A stretch of 64,000 bases of DNA from Diplonema japonicum (Eukaryota; Protista; Euglenozoa: Diplonemea): positions 620,001 to 684,000 of the forward strand of contig OZ025659.1 of the NCBI GenBank assembly GCA_964019335.1. Direction: 5' to 3'. Position numbers and translations under genes: made by a program. The notes below the pieces were generated by a model. It was not told where the DNA came from and made no database searches. It worked only from the letters and a program-made list of their open reading frames with translations. Shown here one piece after another: positions 46,361-57,101 of the stretch; within the stretch, counting starts at the first letter, position 1; every line of letters begins with the position of its first letter.

Positions 46361-47827
46361 ATGCAGTCCGTCTTTATGGCCCTGGCGCTCGCCGCGGTCA
46401 CGCCTGAGCGCATGTCGACACGTGGGAGGTGGATCATCGACGAGTCAGGGAGGGTGAGGCTTTTCCATGGTTTCAACGATATTGGCCATGCGAAGGGCGG
46501 GGAGTACATGCCAGGTGCGACCATGTTGGAGGCGAACCTCGACGTGCTCGAGAAGGGTGGCTTCAACGGCTTCAGGATGCCGATGATGTGGGCCGGTGCC
46601 AACCCCCGCGAGGGGTACCTCAACGACTCGTACATCACGCAGATCAGGACGCAGGTCGAGAGGATGGGTGCCAGGGGGATGTACTCCTTCCTCGACATGC
46701 ACCAGGACGTTCTTTCCACGAGGTTCCACTCCTACGACGGTGCTCCAAGGTGGTTGGTCAACAAGACAAACCCAAGACACCCATACCCATGGCCACTGCC
46801 TTCCCCTCTGTCCAACTGGGCAGAGGGTTACCTCACAGAAGCTTGTGGCCAAGCCTTCGAGGACATCTACGACAACAGACACGGCGGGAGGACAGCGTGG
46901 ATCGAGTTCTGGACGAGGGTAGCAACCCTGTTCAAGGACACAAAGGCAACACTCGGGTACGAGCTGATCAACGAACCATGGGCGGGGGACGTGTACTTGG
47001 ACCCTCTTCTGATCACCCCCGAGCAGGCCGGCAAGCACAACCTCCTTCCGAGCTACGACAAACTCGTAGAGTCGATCAGGACCGTTGACAACAACACGAT
47101 TGTGTTCTTCGAGCCGGTGACGTGGGGGATGGTGCTGCCTGGGAACAACATCACGTTGGTGGGCAACGGGTTCGACCACATCCCGGGTGGACCGCAGAAC
47201 GCGGACAAGTCTGTCTTCTCGTGGCACTACTACTGCTGGATGTTGAACAGCGACTACTCCAACTCGTCAGCTCCCTACAAGCCTGCCCTTAAGGTTGAGT
47301 GCGATGATGCGCTGGGCCCTCTCATCTTCTCGACTGTCATCAAGGATGTTGAGAAGTTGGGTGTCGCATCTTTCCTAACAGAGTTTGGTGCGTTGACCCC
47401 GAATGCCAACGAGCCCGACTCGGAGGGGACACAGGAGATCGAGTCTGTTCTGAGGGAGGCCGACAGGTCCCTGCAGTCCTGGACGTTCTGGGACATTGCG
47501 GGCTTGATCGACGGTTCGATGAACCTGCGTTACGAGAAGGTGGTTCCTTTCATCAGGCCCTTTGCGCAGGCCACCGCGGGCATCCCTGAGAGCATGGACT
47601 ACAACAACAACACGAAGTCTTTCTCGTTTGTGTACACGGCAAAATCTTCCATTCCTGCCCCCACCGAGATTGTGGTACCTGATGAGGTCTACCCTTCGCT
47701 CGGGTTTGACGTTAAGGTGACACCTTCCACCGTCACCCACACCCTCTGCCCCCGTGGCAGCGCGCCTGTCCTTTGCTTCACCTCCCCTTCGGATGGGATT
47801 GTTTCCGTCCATATTACTAGGAAATAG
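46361..47827 (+). CDS. Secreted glycoside hydrolase family 5, endoglycoceramidase-like
   Basis: Signal peptide, GRVRLFHGFN, LDMHQD, YELINEP (acid/base), LTEFGA (nucleophile), RPFAQATAG..PTEI C-terminal domain. Confidence 0.92.
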   Translation: MQSVFMALALAAVTPERMSTRGRWIIDESGRVRLFHGFNDIGHAKGGEYMPGATMLEANLDVLEKGGFNGFRMPMMWAGANPREGYLNDSYITQIRTQVERMGARGMYSFLDMHQDVLSTRFHSYDGAPRWLVNKTNPRHPYPWPLPSPLSNWAEGYLTEACGQAFEDIYDNRHGGRTAWIEFWTRVATLFKDTKATLGYELINEPWAGDVYLDPLLITPEQAGKHNLLPSYDKLVESIRTVDNNTIVFFEPVTWGMVLPGNNITLVGNGFDHIPGGPQNADKSVFSWHYYCWMLNSDYSNSSAPYKPALKVECDDALGPLIFSTVIKDVEKLGVASFLTEFGALTPNANEPDSEGTQEIESVLREADRSLQSWTFWDIAGLIDGSMNLRYEKVVPFIRPFAQATAGIPESMDYNNNTKSFSFVYTAKSSIPAPTEIVVPDEVYPSLGFDVKVTPSTVTHTLCPRGSAPVLCFTSPSDGIVSVHITRK

Positions 47828-48984
47828 GTTTTTTTTGTTTCCTCTTTTTTTTTTTTTTGTGTCCCTCTTTTCTTTTTCGTTCCTCCCGATTCTTTTCCTC
47901 CTTAAAACCTTTTTTTTCTCGTTCCCTTTTCCTCTTCGGAGTTTTTTTTTTTTTTTAATGTCTCTTTTTTTTTTTGCCATGTCTGAAACGTTTAGCTCCC
48001 TTTAAGCTCTCACCAGTGTGAGTTTAGCCCCCTTTTTTTTTGGCATGTTGGCGATGGCTGTGGTGGTCGTTGCAAGAGCGCCTATAGGAAGTATTGCACG
48101 ATTCAGTGAACAGTATAGTTTTTTTTTTTTTTTTTTTTTTTTTTACCCCAACACAACGCAAGGTAAAAGGAGTGTCTGTGAAAATATACCTTGTGTGGGG
48201 CTCTGAAACACCCGGGATTTGGGAGAACCAGGAGAAGGGGGGGGGGGGGGGGGGGGGGGGAATGGTCATGAAAAATTTGGCATTAACTCTTTCATCATTT
48301 TCCACGTTTGTTTCATTTTCACACAATAACGTTATACCTCCCCCCCCCTCCCCTCCCCTTCCTTCCCTTCCCCTTCCCCCCGCATACGCGTTTAGTTCTG
48401 TGGGTTAACGCTCTTCCCAATATGGTAGGTTGCTGTGTACTACGGTTTCCAGTACACAGCACACGTTGAGCGGCTCCCCCCCTCCCCTCGTTTCCCTTTT
48501 GATGCGTGATTTTCTTTTGCCCTCGTTTATTCTCGAATTTTCAGGGAGCTTTGTGCACTGGCTCACTTGGAACAATGAAAAAAAAAGATTTTTTTTGTTT
48601 TTTTTTCCAGAAGGATCCTTTTCAGTATGAAAGGGGATAAACAATTGAGGAGAGGGATTATTTAGGAAAACGGAATAAAAAAAAAAGGAAGAAAAGGGGG
48701 GATGAAAAAAAAATAATAAATTGTAAAAATAATAAAGAAAAAAAACGTAAAACACAAATAAACACATAAGAAAACCAACTTATAGGGTAGCGGTCTTTTT
48801 CTTTTTTCTTTTCCCCCCTTTTGTTTGAATCGTTCATAGCGTAGTGCAATGCAAAGATTTTTTATTTTGTTTCCTTTTTGTTTCCTCCCCGACCCCTCTC
48901 CCCCGTTCTTTCTTCCTCATAATTAAACTTAAAGTGAAAGAGGAGGGTGTGAACAATAAAAAGAAAAAAAGGGGGGGAAAAAAA

Positions 48985-49539
48985 ATGAGCGGTCAATTCA
49001 CCACTCTGAATACATTATGTGGGGATTCAGGCAACCCAGCAACGGTACTGGAGTTGAGCAATTTAGAGTATAAAATGAAGCGGTTTACAGACGCAATGCA
49101 CCTGCAGGAGGAACGGCAGAAAGTGGAGGAGAAAATAAAAAACGTGGAAAGGCTAAGGAGCAATGTGAACAACCACGCACTACGCTCGAAGAAAGCAAGG
49201 AGAGTCTTGGTGGAGCACGACAGGCGGTCGAAGGCATCTTCCCAGCAACAATTGTCCGCCGCAAGAAAAAACCTGGAACTGGAGCTCACCTGCGCCTCCG
49301 TGACCATGAGCAACCTACACACGAATATGGCTGAACTGACCACCCTGAACAATGAACTGGCCACGCTTAAACGAACTACAAAACAAATTCAAATAAAAAT
49401 CCACAACGAAGCAGGCAGCCTGACCGAAGCACAACGGAAGAAACTGCTCAACCTCCGTATACACAAGTCCGAAAAATCCATCTTAGAGGACGAGGCCACC
49501 ATAAGAAAAATTACCGAGTACCTCACGCAAAGAAACTAG
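48985..49539 (+). CDS. Coiled-coil hypothetical protein (possibly exon 1 of the next gene)
   Basis: ATG after an A-tract; heptad-rich ORF. Intron 49518..49592 would join it in frame to 49603. Confidence 0.6.
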   Translation: MSGQFTTLNTLCGDSGNPATVLELSNLEYKMKRFTDAMHLQEERQKVEEKIKNVERLRSNVNNHALRSKKARRVLVEHDRRSKASSQQQLSAARKNLELELTCASVTMSNLHTNMAELTTLNNELATLKRTTKQIQIKIHNEAGSLTEAQRKKLLNLRIHKSEKSILEDEATIRKITEYLTQRN

Positions 49540-49602
49540 ATTTTTTTTTCTCCCCCCTTTCCCCCCTCCTCAAAATAGTTAATATCCCACAGCACACACT
49601 AC

Positions 49603-50775
49603 ATGTCCGAAGGGGGCAGCGGCGACGAAACTGTCGCAAAGAAACCCCACGGGTTCAAAGTTGAAAAAGTGGAGATCCCATCGTACCCATCCGGACCCGG
49701 GAACGAAGGAGGCGGCAAACCCCCCGAGCTGCGTCTTTACGAGGAGGGTAAAAAATGGCAGGCTGCAAGATCACAGCGCCTCGACCGTAAACGAGCGGAA
49801 CTCGAAGCTGAAAAACGAGAAGGCGAGACATCCAAGCCATGGGTCACCGACATGGCTAAGGAGGTGGGCCGGGACAATTTTGACCAGTTCATAGTTTTCC
49901 AAGAAAAATGGGCAAAGGATTTGGAGGTGAAGAAACAGAAAGAGAAGTCAAAGGTAGCGTCGGAAAACGCGCAAAAGGTGAGGGAAGAAGGAGGCGACAC
50001 AAAATGGCAAATGTCAAAGGGCTCGCAAGAGATCATGCAACACAGCCTACATGACTCCCCCTCCTCCAAAACAGGGTGGAGGAAAAACCTCGCAAAATAC
50101 CTGCGAAACAAAGAGTCCGGCGTGTGGCGCCACGAAGAACAACCCAGCTTCAAACCATCTATCAACGACAGAAGCCACGGTCTGGACCGACACGGCGATG
50201 TTGGCGAGCGGCTGCACAAGAGCGCAAAACAACGAGAAGAACAAATGGAGTTGAAACGAAACGGAGGAAAACCCTCAAAACCAAAAGCTTCCCGAAACAA
50301 CAACAGGGAAAAAAAGCGTGCAGTCCAGGAAGACACAGGTGTCGTGGTTACTGACGATGACTACAAAGTGGAGGACGCCGGCAAAGGGAGCTCCTTCGAA
50401 ATGTACGCGACAAGAATGCGTGTTGCGGAGTTAGCCGAAGCATTGGAATTTGAAATCGGTAAAAACCGATCCTTCGACAAACTGAGCAGAGAGGTGCATA
50501 AGGAAGCGGAGTACCTGACGGCGGCGCTTAGGAAGGAGCGAGAGCGGAACGACCTTCTCGCCTTGGAGCTTCAACATGAGCGGGCCAAGACATCTTCCCT
50601 CCAACAGGCTCTCTCCTCCAAGCTGACGTCTCGGAATATCGGTGCGCCCCTCGTGCCCCCCGTCCCCCCGGAGCCGATCAGTATTTCGCTGTCCCCTAGA
50701 CGGTGCTTGGTGACGCCGTCCCCGTCACCTCCTCCTCGACAATATGTTGGTGCGATAAATCTTGATGATTTGTAA
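49603..50775 (+). CDS. Coiled-coil hypothetical protein with PSFKPSIN / ERLH-type motifs
   Basis: 390-aa charged ORF with a Pro-rich tail. Confidence 0.7.
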   Translation: MSEGGSGDETVAKKPHGFKVEKVEIPSYPSGPGNEGGGKPPELRLYEEGKKWQAARSQRLDRKRAELEAEKREGETSKPWVTDMAKEVGRDNFDQFIVFQEKWAKDLEVKKQKEKSKVASENAQKVREEGGDTKWQMSKGSQEIMQHSLHDSPSSKTGWRKNLAKYLRNKESGVWRHEEQPSFKPSINDRSHGLDRHGDVGERLHKSAKQREEQMELKRNGGKPSKPKASRNNNREKKRAVQEDTGVVVTDDDYKVEDAGKGSSFEMYATRMRVAELAEALEFEIGKNRSFDKLSREVHKEAEYLTAALRKERERNDLLALELQHERAKTSSLQQALSSKLTSRNIGAPLVPPVPPEPISISLSPRRCLVTPSPSPPPRQYVGAINLDDL

Positions 50776-50945
50776 TTTAAAAAAAAAAGGGGGGGTTTAT
50801 TGTCTATATATTATATTTTTGTATTATTGTAGTTCTTTTCTTATTTTTCCCACCTCTATTTTTCCGTTTTTTTTTTTCCCCCCTCCCGTTGTGGCTATAA
50901 CACATTTAAAAAAAAAAAAGGAGAGAAAAAAAAAAGAAAAAAGAA

Positions 50946-51580
50946 ATGCGTACATTCTGCCTGATGGCGATGGCCCTTGCGGCGCACAGCCATGACATCA
51001 CGGACAAGGTGTACTTCGACATGACTGTCGGTGGTGAGGACGTTGGACGCATCGTGATCGGGCTGTACGGGAACGATGTCCCGAGGACCGTCGAGAACTT
51101 CAAGGAGCTGGCCCTTGGCACCAAGGGGTTTGGCTACAAGGGGTCGGGCTTCCACAGGGTTATCAAGAACTTCATGATCCAGGGCGGTGACTTCACCAGG
51201 GGCGACGGCACCGGCGGCAAGTCCATCTACGGTGAGAAGTTCGAGGACGAGAACTTCAAGATCAAGCACTCTGTGGGGTGCCTCTCCATGGCTAACGCGG
51301 GCAAGAGTATGTTTTGTTTCAATACACGACAACTAGAATCAATACAGACACCAACGGCTCGCAGTTCTTCCTCACTACTGCTGAGACTCAGTGGTTGGAC
51401 GGCAAGCACGTCGTCTTCGGGAAGGTGTGAAACATGCAAAAAAAAAAAAAAAAAAAAAAAAAACCACAGGTGATCGAGGGCATGGACGTCGTGCGCAAGA
51501 TCGAGAGCAACCCTACCAACAACAGGGACCGTCCTGTCAAGGAAACCGTCATCAGCGCCTGTGGTGTGGTCGAGAACTGA
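50946..51580 (+). CDS. Cyclophilin-type PPIase with signal peptide (cyclophilin B-like); introns 51307..51347 and 51425..51469
   Basis: [15 protein letters not shown]; splicing restores SMANAGKNTNGSQFF and [11 protein letters not shown]|VIEGMDVV. Confidence 0.96.
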
Positions 51581-51998
51581 AGAGAGTAAAAAAAAAAAAA
51601 GGGGGGGGGGAAAAAGTGATCGACATAATATAAAGACTTCTCCCTCATCCACTAGTTCCATAAAGCTCCAAAAAAAATACCCTTCCCCCCCCCCCTTTTT
51701 TTTACCCCCCGATATTTTTTTTCCCCCCCCATCTTCTTTTTTTTTTCTACCTGCTTTTAAACCGGTTGAGTGAAAAAGAAAAAAAGGATCTTATAAAAAA
51801 AAAACCCCCTCCCAGAATTTTTTCTTAACGATTTATTTCTTTTTTAAAACCCCCCCCATTTCTTTATTTTAAAAAAAGAAAACAAAACAAAAACAAAAAA
51901 AACCCATTTTTCCAAAAGCGCGGCGGGAGGCCCGGGAGGGGGTGGTGGTGGGGGAGGAGGTTCAAAAGAAACGAAAGAAAGAAGAAAAAAAAAAAGAA

Positions 51999-54900
51999 AT
52001 GCCGCTATTCAAAAAAGAAAAAACCACGGCCGCAGAGGTTGAGGTCGAGCTGAAAACAGATGAGATAAGAGAGCCAATCTGCTGGTGGGTGAAGCGATCG
52101 GTAAAGGGGACCGTGAAATCACACAAGGTATTCTGGAAAATACCTGAAGGAGGCTTCGACGGCATAGAACTCTGGCAAGGCCGAGTAACCGACGGGGTGT
52201 GGCTGAGAGCAGAAGCAGAGGTAACAGGAGACGACGACGACGAGCTACAAAGACTAAGCGTGAAGATCGAGACAACCGGAAAACTACAAATCGGAAAGCT
52301 CGCACAAAGAATCGAACTCGGCTCGGGTAAATCCATCACAACCCGTCTGTCCCCCAAGAAGCACGACGAGGTACTACTCCTAACCCTCCCACTACCCATA
52401 CATGTAGTCCACCACCCTGGAACCTGCCGCCACGGCATGGTAACAATAACCATGGAAATTACATATTTCGCGCATGACACACTTCAAAGAAGGATAGAAA
52501 TATCAGGGAAAGCAGCACGAGGTCGACGGAGGTCCCGACGGCCAAAAAGTCCTGTAACATCCGTTTATGACGATGACGCCGAGTACGAATTACCCGATTT
52601 ATTTGAAGACCTCCCCGAGATTGGGATGTGTGAAGACATAGTACCACTGCCTCCTGTTCCCGTGCTAACCTCACCAGACTGCATCTCAATTGTTATTGAG
52701 TCTGTTGCTTTGACAGTGCTGCCTCATGTGGTTTTGACCAATATTATGTTATTTTTACCGCATGCTGATGTGCTTCATGTTGCGGTGTGCTGCAAGGACC
52801 TGCACAGGGTCACGTCGACGGACGAGATTTGGAAATCCGTTTATTGGCGTTACGTGCGTGAGGAGCATCGGTTGCAATGCCTTCCGGAGGAAATTTTAAG
52901 TGATGGTGTTTGTAAAGCGGTTGATCCATTCGTTGTGTTCCCAACCGGTTTGAAGGCGCGGACTTTGACAACCGTTCGGAAAAAAGTGATGAAGCGAGAG
53001 TCGGAACGACGCAGGTTTCAAAGAGAACAAAAAGCCGCAATGATCCGACGAAAACTAGAACGAATCGGGCCTGAAATCGTCGCCCCCGGGTTGGTACTCT
53101 TTGTGGTAAGCTGTCTGATCATCTCGGTCCTCATAATCTTGGACGAGAATTACCCAACACGAACCAGTACGTACAGCAGGCTTGCGGATTGCGGTGCGCT
53201 TGGGATGGCCATCATGCTGGCTTACATGACAGCCCTTGCATGTTTCAGTGCTCCAGTGAACCGTGCTGACTTCTTCATGATACTTTTTGAAGCGTGTGGG
53301 CTGGCCGGGACAGGGTTCATGATGCTTCGAAAAGGGATAGAGAACCCCTCGTATTCCTGGAAGTCCACCAGCGACCCCCTTATCGCCGGGCTCAGCCTTA
53401 CAGGTATCGTGTACATGCTAGACACCTGCAGCTATATCGCCGCCAACAGAAATCACATGGTATGCATTCACCCCATCCCCCCCCCAATTTTTTTTTTCTT
53501 TCAAAGATACGAGCCAGAGCCAGCACCTTCATCTCCATCATCTGTGCACCTATCCCGTTCACGTTGACGTTCTTTCTCGCCTCAGCCTACCTTGATTCTG
53601 GGGACTATAATTGTACAAAGATGTATGGGGAAAAAAAAAAAGAAAAAAAAACCCCCCCAGATTCTGGCCAATTCTACTGGCGGTAGGAGCGTTGTTACCG
53701 TGGCCCATCCTGATCACCATGTATTGGATTGTTTGGTGGCTTTTGCGAAGACGGACAAAGTCGTTTGTCAGATGGTTCAGAAAAGAGGTTTGTGGGGAGA
53801 AGGAAGGGGGGAAAATAACGCTCCATATTCGCTAAGTGACCCGCCCTATGTCCCAAAGGGGTTATAGGGGGGCTATAGGGGAAAGAATGTCAAAAATGCC
53901 CAAAGGCTCATTGAATTTTTTTTTTCAAAAAATCCATATGTCGAACATGAAAGAACGGTGAGTTCCAAGGAAGTTCCAAAAAGATTTTTCCAAAAAAAAA
54001 ATATTGGGGGCCAACCAAAATGACCTTGGAAGTCGCCATTTTGGGTTTTGGCCATTTTTCAATAAATTTCACTTCAATTCCTTATTCTATTCACTTCCCA
54101 GGGCCTTTGAGGGGCGTCTGGGGGTGTTTTTTGTCCCTCCTGGGTGATGTATTTTACACAAGCGTCGTTCTATGGTTGCATGCTCGAGGATGTTTTAATT
54201 TTAGAAAATAAAAAAGTCGATGGTGACCTTCTTTTTGCAACTGGGCACTTTTCCCTTTGAAAACATGGTTAACAGGGTTCGATCCCAGAAGCCAGCATCT
54301 TCCTGACCAGTAGTTCAGCCGAAAGTATTTTCGAAGGTGTAGTAGTCTAGTTGGGGGGGCTTTGCCCTGTACCTAGGCGAAGCGGGTTCAAACCCCACTC
54401 CAGCGGATTTTTTTAGGCTCACCACAGGGGACTTATTCTGTGTTTATTCATCACAGTGTTGATGGCTGAGGCGCGGCGTGAGTGTGTATCGCAGAGGATA
54501 TCTGGTGTGGAAAGAAGGGACCTACTCCACTCACTATGCAGGATGCCTGAGTAAAGATGGGGGTCAGAGTTTTGAATTCCTGTGTGGTAGAGTGGTTACT
54601 GTGCTCACCTGTCAGGCCCCCTTGTTCCAGGAGTCGCGGGTTTGAATCCCGACGCAGTGGTTTTTTCATCAGGGTTCGAACCCCACTTGTGCTGTGTTTT
54701 TTCCACCGGAGCTGCTTCATTTTGTATAGTACAAAGTAAGGCAAATCACCAAAAAAAAAAGATTTTATTACAAAAAAAAATTCCATATGTCGAACATTGG
54801 GCCCCGGACGCAAATAAATCCATTCCAGCCCTAGAAAAAGCAATTAGAAATTTTGTAGCTCTTCAAAATGCGGGTTCTGGTGGGTCACTTAGCGAATATA

Positions 54901-55123
54901 GAGCGTAAATAATTAAAAAAAAAAAAAAAAAAAACAGTTCATTCCTTGGTTCTGTGCGTACCTGCTGTATCTCGCCTTTTGCGCCTTTTTTTTCGGAATG
55001 CTTGAAGGTTTTTGCTACGCGCCGAATCTCGGAATGATCCTGCTCATCGTCTTTCTGTCAATGCTGACGTTCCTCTCCTTCGCTTTCTGGGGAAATGCTA
55101 TTCGAGAAGGCTCGTGGTGGTGA
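51999..55123 (+). CDS. F-box protein with ~8 C-terminal TM helices; introns 53460..53506, 53623..53660, 53788..54937
   Basis: F-box LPHVVLTNIMLFLPHADVLHVAVCCKDLHRVTSTDEIW. Three GT-AG introns give a continuous hydrophobic frame ending NAIREGSWW*. Confidence 0.8.
54336..54405 (+). ncRNA. tRNA-like (pseudo-tRNA) Pol III cassette A
   Basis: A-box TAGTCTAGTTGG, B-box GGTTCAAACCC, imperfect cloverleaf, then T7. Confidence 0.55.
54578..54659 (+). ncRNA. tRNA-like (Asp-like, GTC) Pol III cassette B
   Basis: A-box TGGTAGAGTGG, CCTGTCA loop, GGTTTGAATCCC B-box variant, CTGTG/CGCAG acceptor pairing, then T7. Confidence 0.55.
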
Positions 55124-55274
55124 GAAAATAGGGGGGGGGGAGAGAACAAAAAAAATAAAAGGGAAATAAAATGGTTATCCCCTAGCCCCTTCCTTTTCCC
55201 TCCTTTTTTTTTTTTGAAATGTCTCTTTTTTTTTTTTTCGGTTCTGAAGATTATTTATGTTCAATACACACACG

Positions 55275-55306
<32 letters not shown>

Positions 55307-55782
55307 GCCTACACTTTCGTGCCCATTTCCTTTTTTATTTTCCCCTGGCGTACTCCCCCAACCTAGCGGGGGAAAATGAGAGAAGAAAAGAGAAAAAAAA
55401 GAGAAAAAAGCAACAACAAAAAAGCGAGAGAAACCTGCAAAGGCAGAAAAAAAGAAATGGAAGGAAAAAAAGAGGAAAATGGGGGGGAAAAAAAAGAAAA
55501 AAAAAAGAACTGTTATGTGCCGAAAGAGAAGTTTTTTTGCAAGAAAAAAGAGAGTCTTTGGCATTGTCTAAACAAGAGGGGAACGTACAAGAAACGGTCA
55601 GTTCCTCTTTTTCTGTTCTTTTTTTTTTTTCTTTCTCTTCTTCTTTTTTTTTTTCTATTAGTTTTTCTTTCTTTTTCTTTTTCTTTTTCTTTTTCTTTTT
55701 CTTTGCCCCCCTCTGTGTGACGCAACTGCCCTGTCTTGCTTCCTTCCTCCCACTCCCCCAGGAGAAGAAAAAAAAAATCTCA

Positions 55783-55827
<45 letters not shown>

Positions 55828-55932
55828 GTCTACGTTATTTCCTTTTTTCTTTCTTTTTTTTAGAAGAAGAAAGATTCCCCCCATCCTTCCCCATTGTCAT
55901 CCACCAAGGTGCTGCAATTCCCTATAGAGACT

Positions 55933-56928
55933 ATGAGCAGCCAGTGGTTAGTTTTTTTGTGAGAAAAGATGAAAAGAAAGTCCGTGCACAGCACTCAATA
56001 CGCAATTCGCTGTAAAATAAGAATAGCACAAACAGAGGTGAGTCTCAAACTGGTGGCTGCTAACCATATAACCTACTCGAACTTCAAAGAACAAGCATGG
56101 GAAGAGGCCTTAGAACACGTTGACAATGACACCCTCAAAGCCGACAGCGCCTGCGTTGACCTGAAGCAGTACGAGATGCTGTTGGAAAGAACAGAGGACG
56201 GAAGAGAAGCTCTGCTTGCGATCAGCAACATGGGCAACACCCCATTGAAACACCAGCTTCCAAAACCTGCCCGGCTGGTCTTACAGGTTAGAAAGGAATG
56301 GACCGAAATGCAACGACTGGTAAAGGAAGAGAACCTGTCGCGAAGCGATCTGGAAAACAGCGAATCGGTGTTGTTCGATAGGATAAAGGAGACATCAACA
56401 GAGCAAACAGCTGCAGTGGAGGGCGTTGTCGGGAACAGGGAGAGAATCAGAAAGAGAAATCTTGAGTTTGAAAGATTTGCGGTACTCATGCTGGCTCAGG
56501 AGATCAACAGGCAGGAAAGAATTGAAAGAGAAGCTACCGCTGTAAAGGTCCTTCAGAGCGCCCATGCAAAACTCTGCGAATTTCTCGACACCGAATGTGA
56601 GCGGGTGTCCAAGAAGAAACGGTATCTCTTCCTCTTGTCTAAGAACCTCTCGAGGACGAACACCCTTCTGCACCAATCCCTCGGTGCGGGAACTGCGTCT
56701 CATGGTGAGTACAACAAGATCCGTACCGACCCCACACGAGAGTACACCCCCACCCCCATCCCCCACCGCTGGATGTACGATATGGTGGCAGAGAACGCCG
56801 ACTTACGCATAAAGTACAAAAAAAACCAAGAAACCGCCCACGCCGCCATCCTGAGGGACCAAGCCCGGCCTGTCGTGCTCCCACACGTTGTCACCGGTGT
56901 GAAGTCTCTTCGGGAGCTTTTAAAATGA
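55933..56928 (+). CDS. Hypothetical coiled-coil protein; possible intron 55947..55991 (alternative ATG 55969)
   Basis: 319-aa open frame. The upstream ATG joins in frame via GTTAGT..GCACAG. Confidence 0.65.
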
Positions 56929-57101
56929 ATGGGGGAAGAGAAAAAAAAGAAAGAGGGGGTTTCCACCCCATCCCTCCCCGCTGTAATTCTTTTTGTTTTG
57001 CCCGTCTAGTGGTCACAAGGAAGAGCGTATATATCATCAAAAATAAAAAAAGAAGGAATTGAAAAAGAGAGGGGAAAAAAGAAAAAGAAAAAGAATAAAA
57101 A

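Larger units (their letters stand above)
53819..54905. mobile_element. Non-autonomous TIR DNA transposon with TAA target-site duplication (PIF/Harbinger-like TSD), in intron 3 of the F-box gene
   Basis: TAA|CGCTCCATATTCGCTAAGTGACCCGCC ... GGTGGGTCACTTAGCGAATATAGAGCG|TAA (27-bp TIR, 2 mismatches). Internal 16-bp direct repeat at 53933 and 54782. Confidence 0.9.

Noticed and set aside
54336-54659. Functional tRNA-Tyr / tRNA-Asp genes
   Set aside because: Mismatched acceptor and T stems and abnormal anticodon/variable arms; kept only as tRNA-like cassettes.
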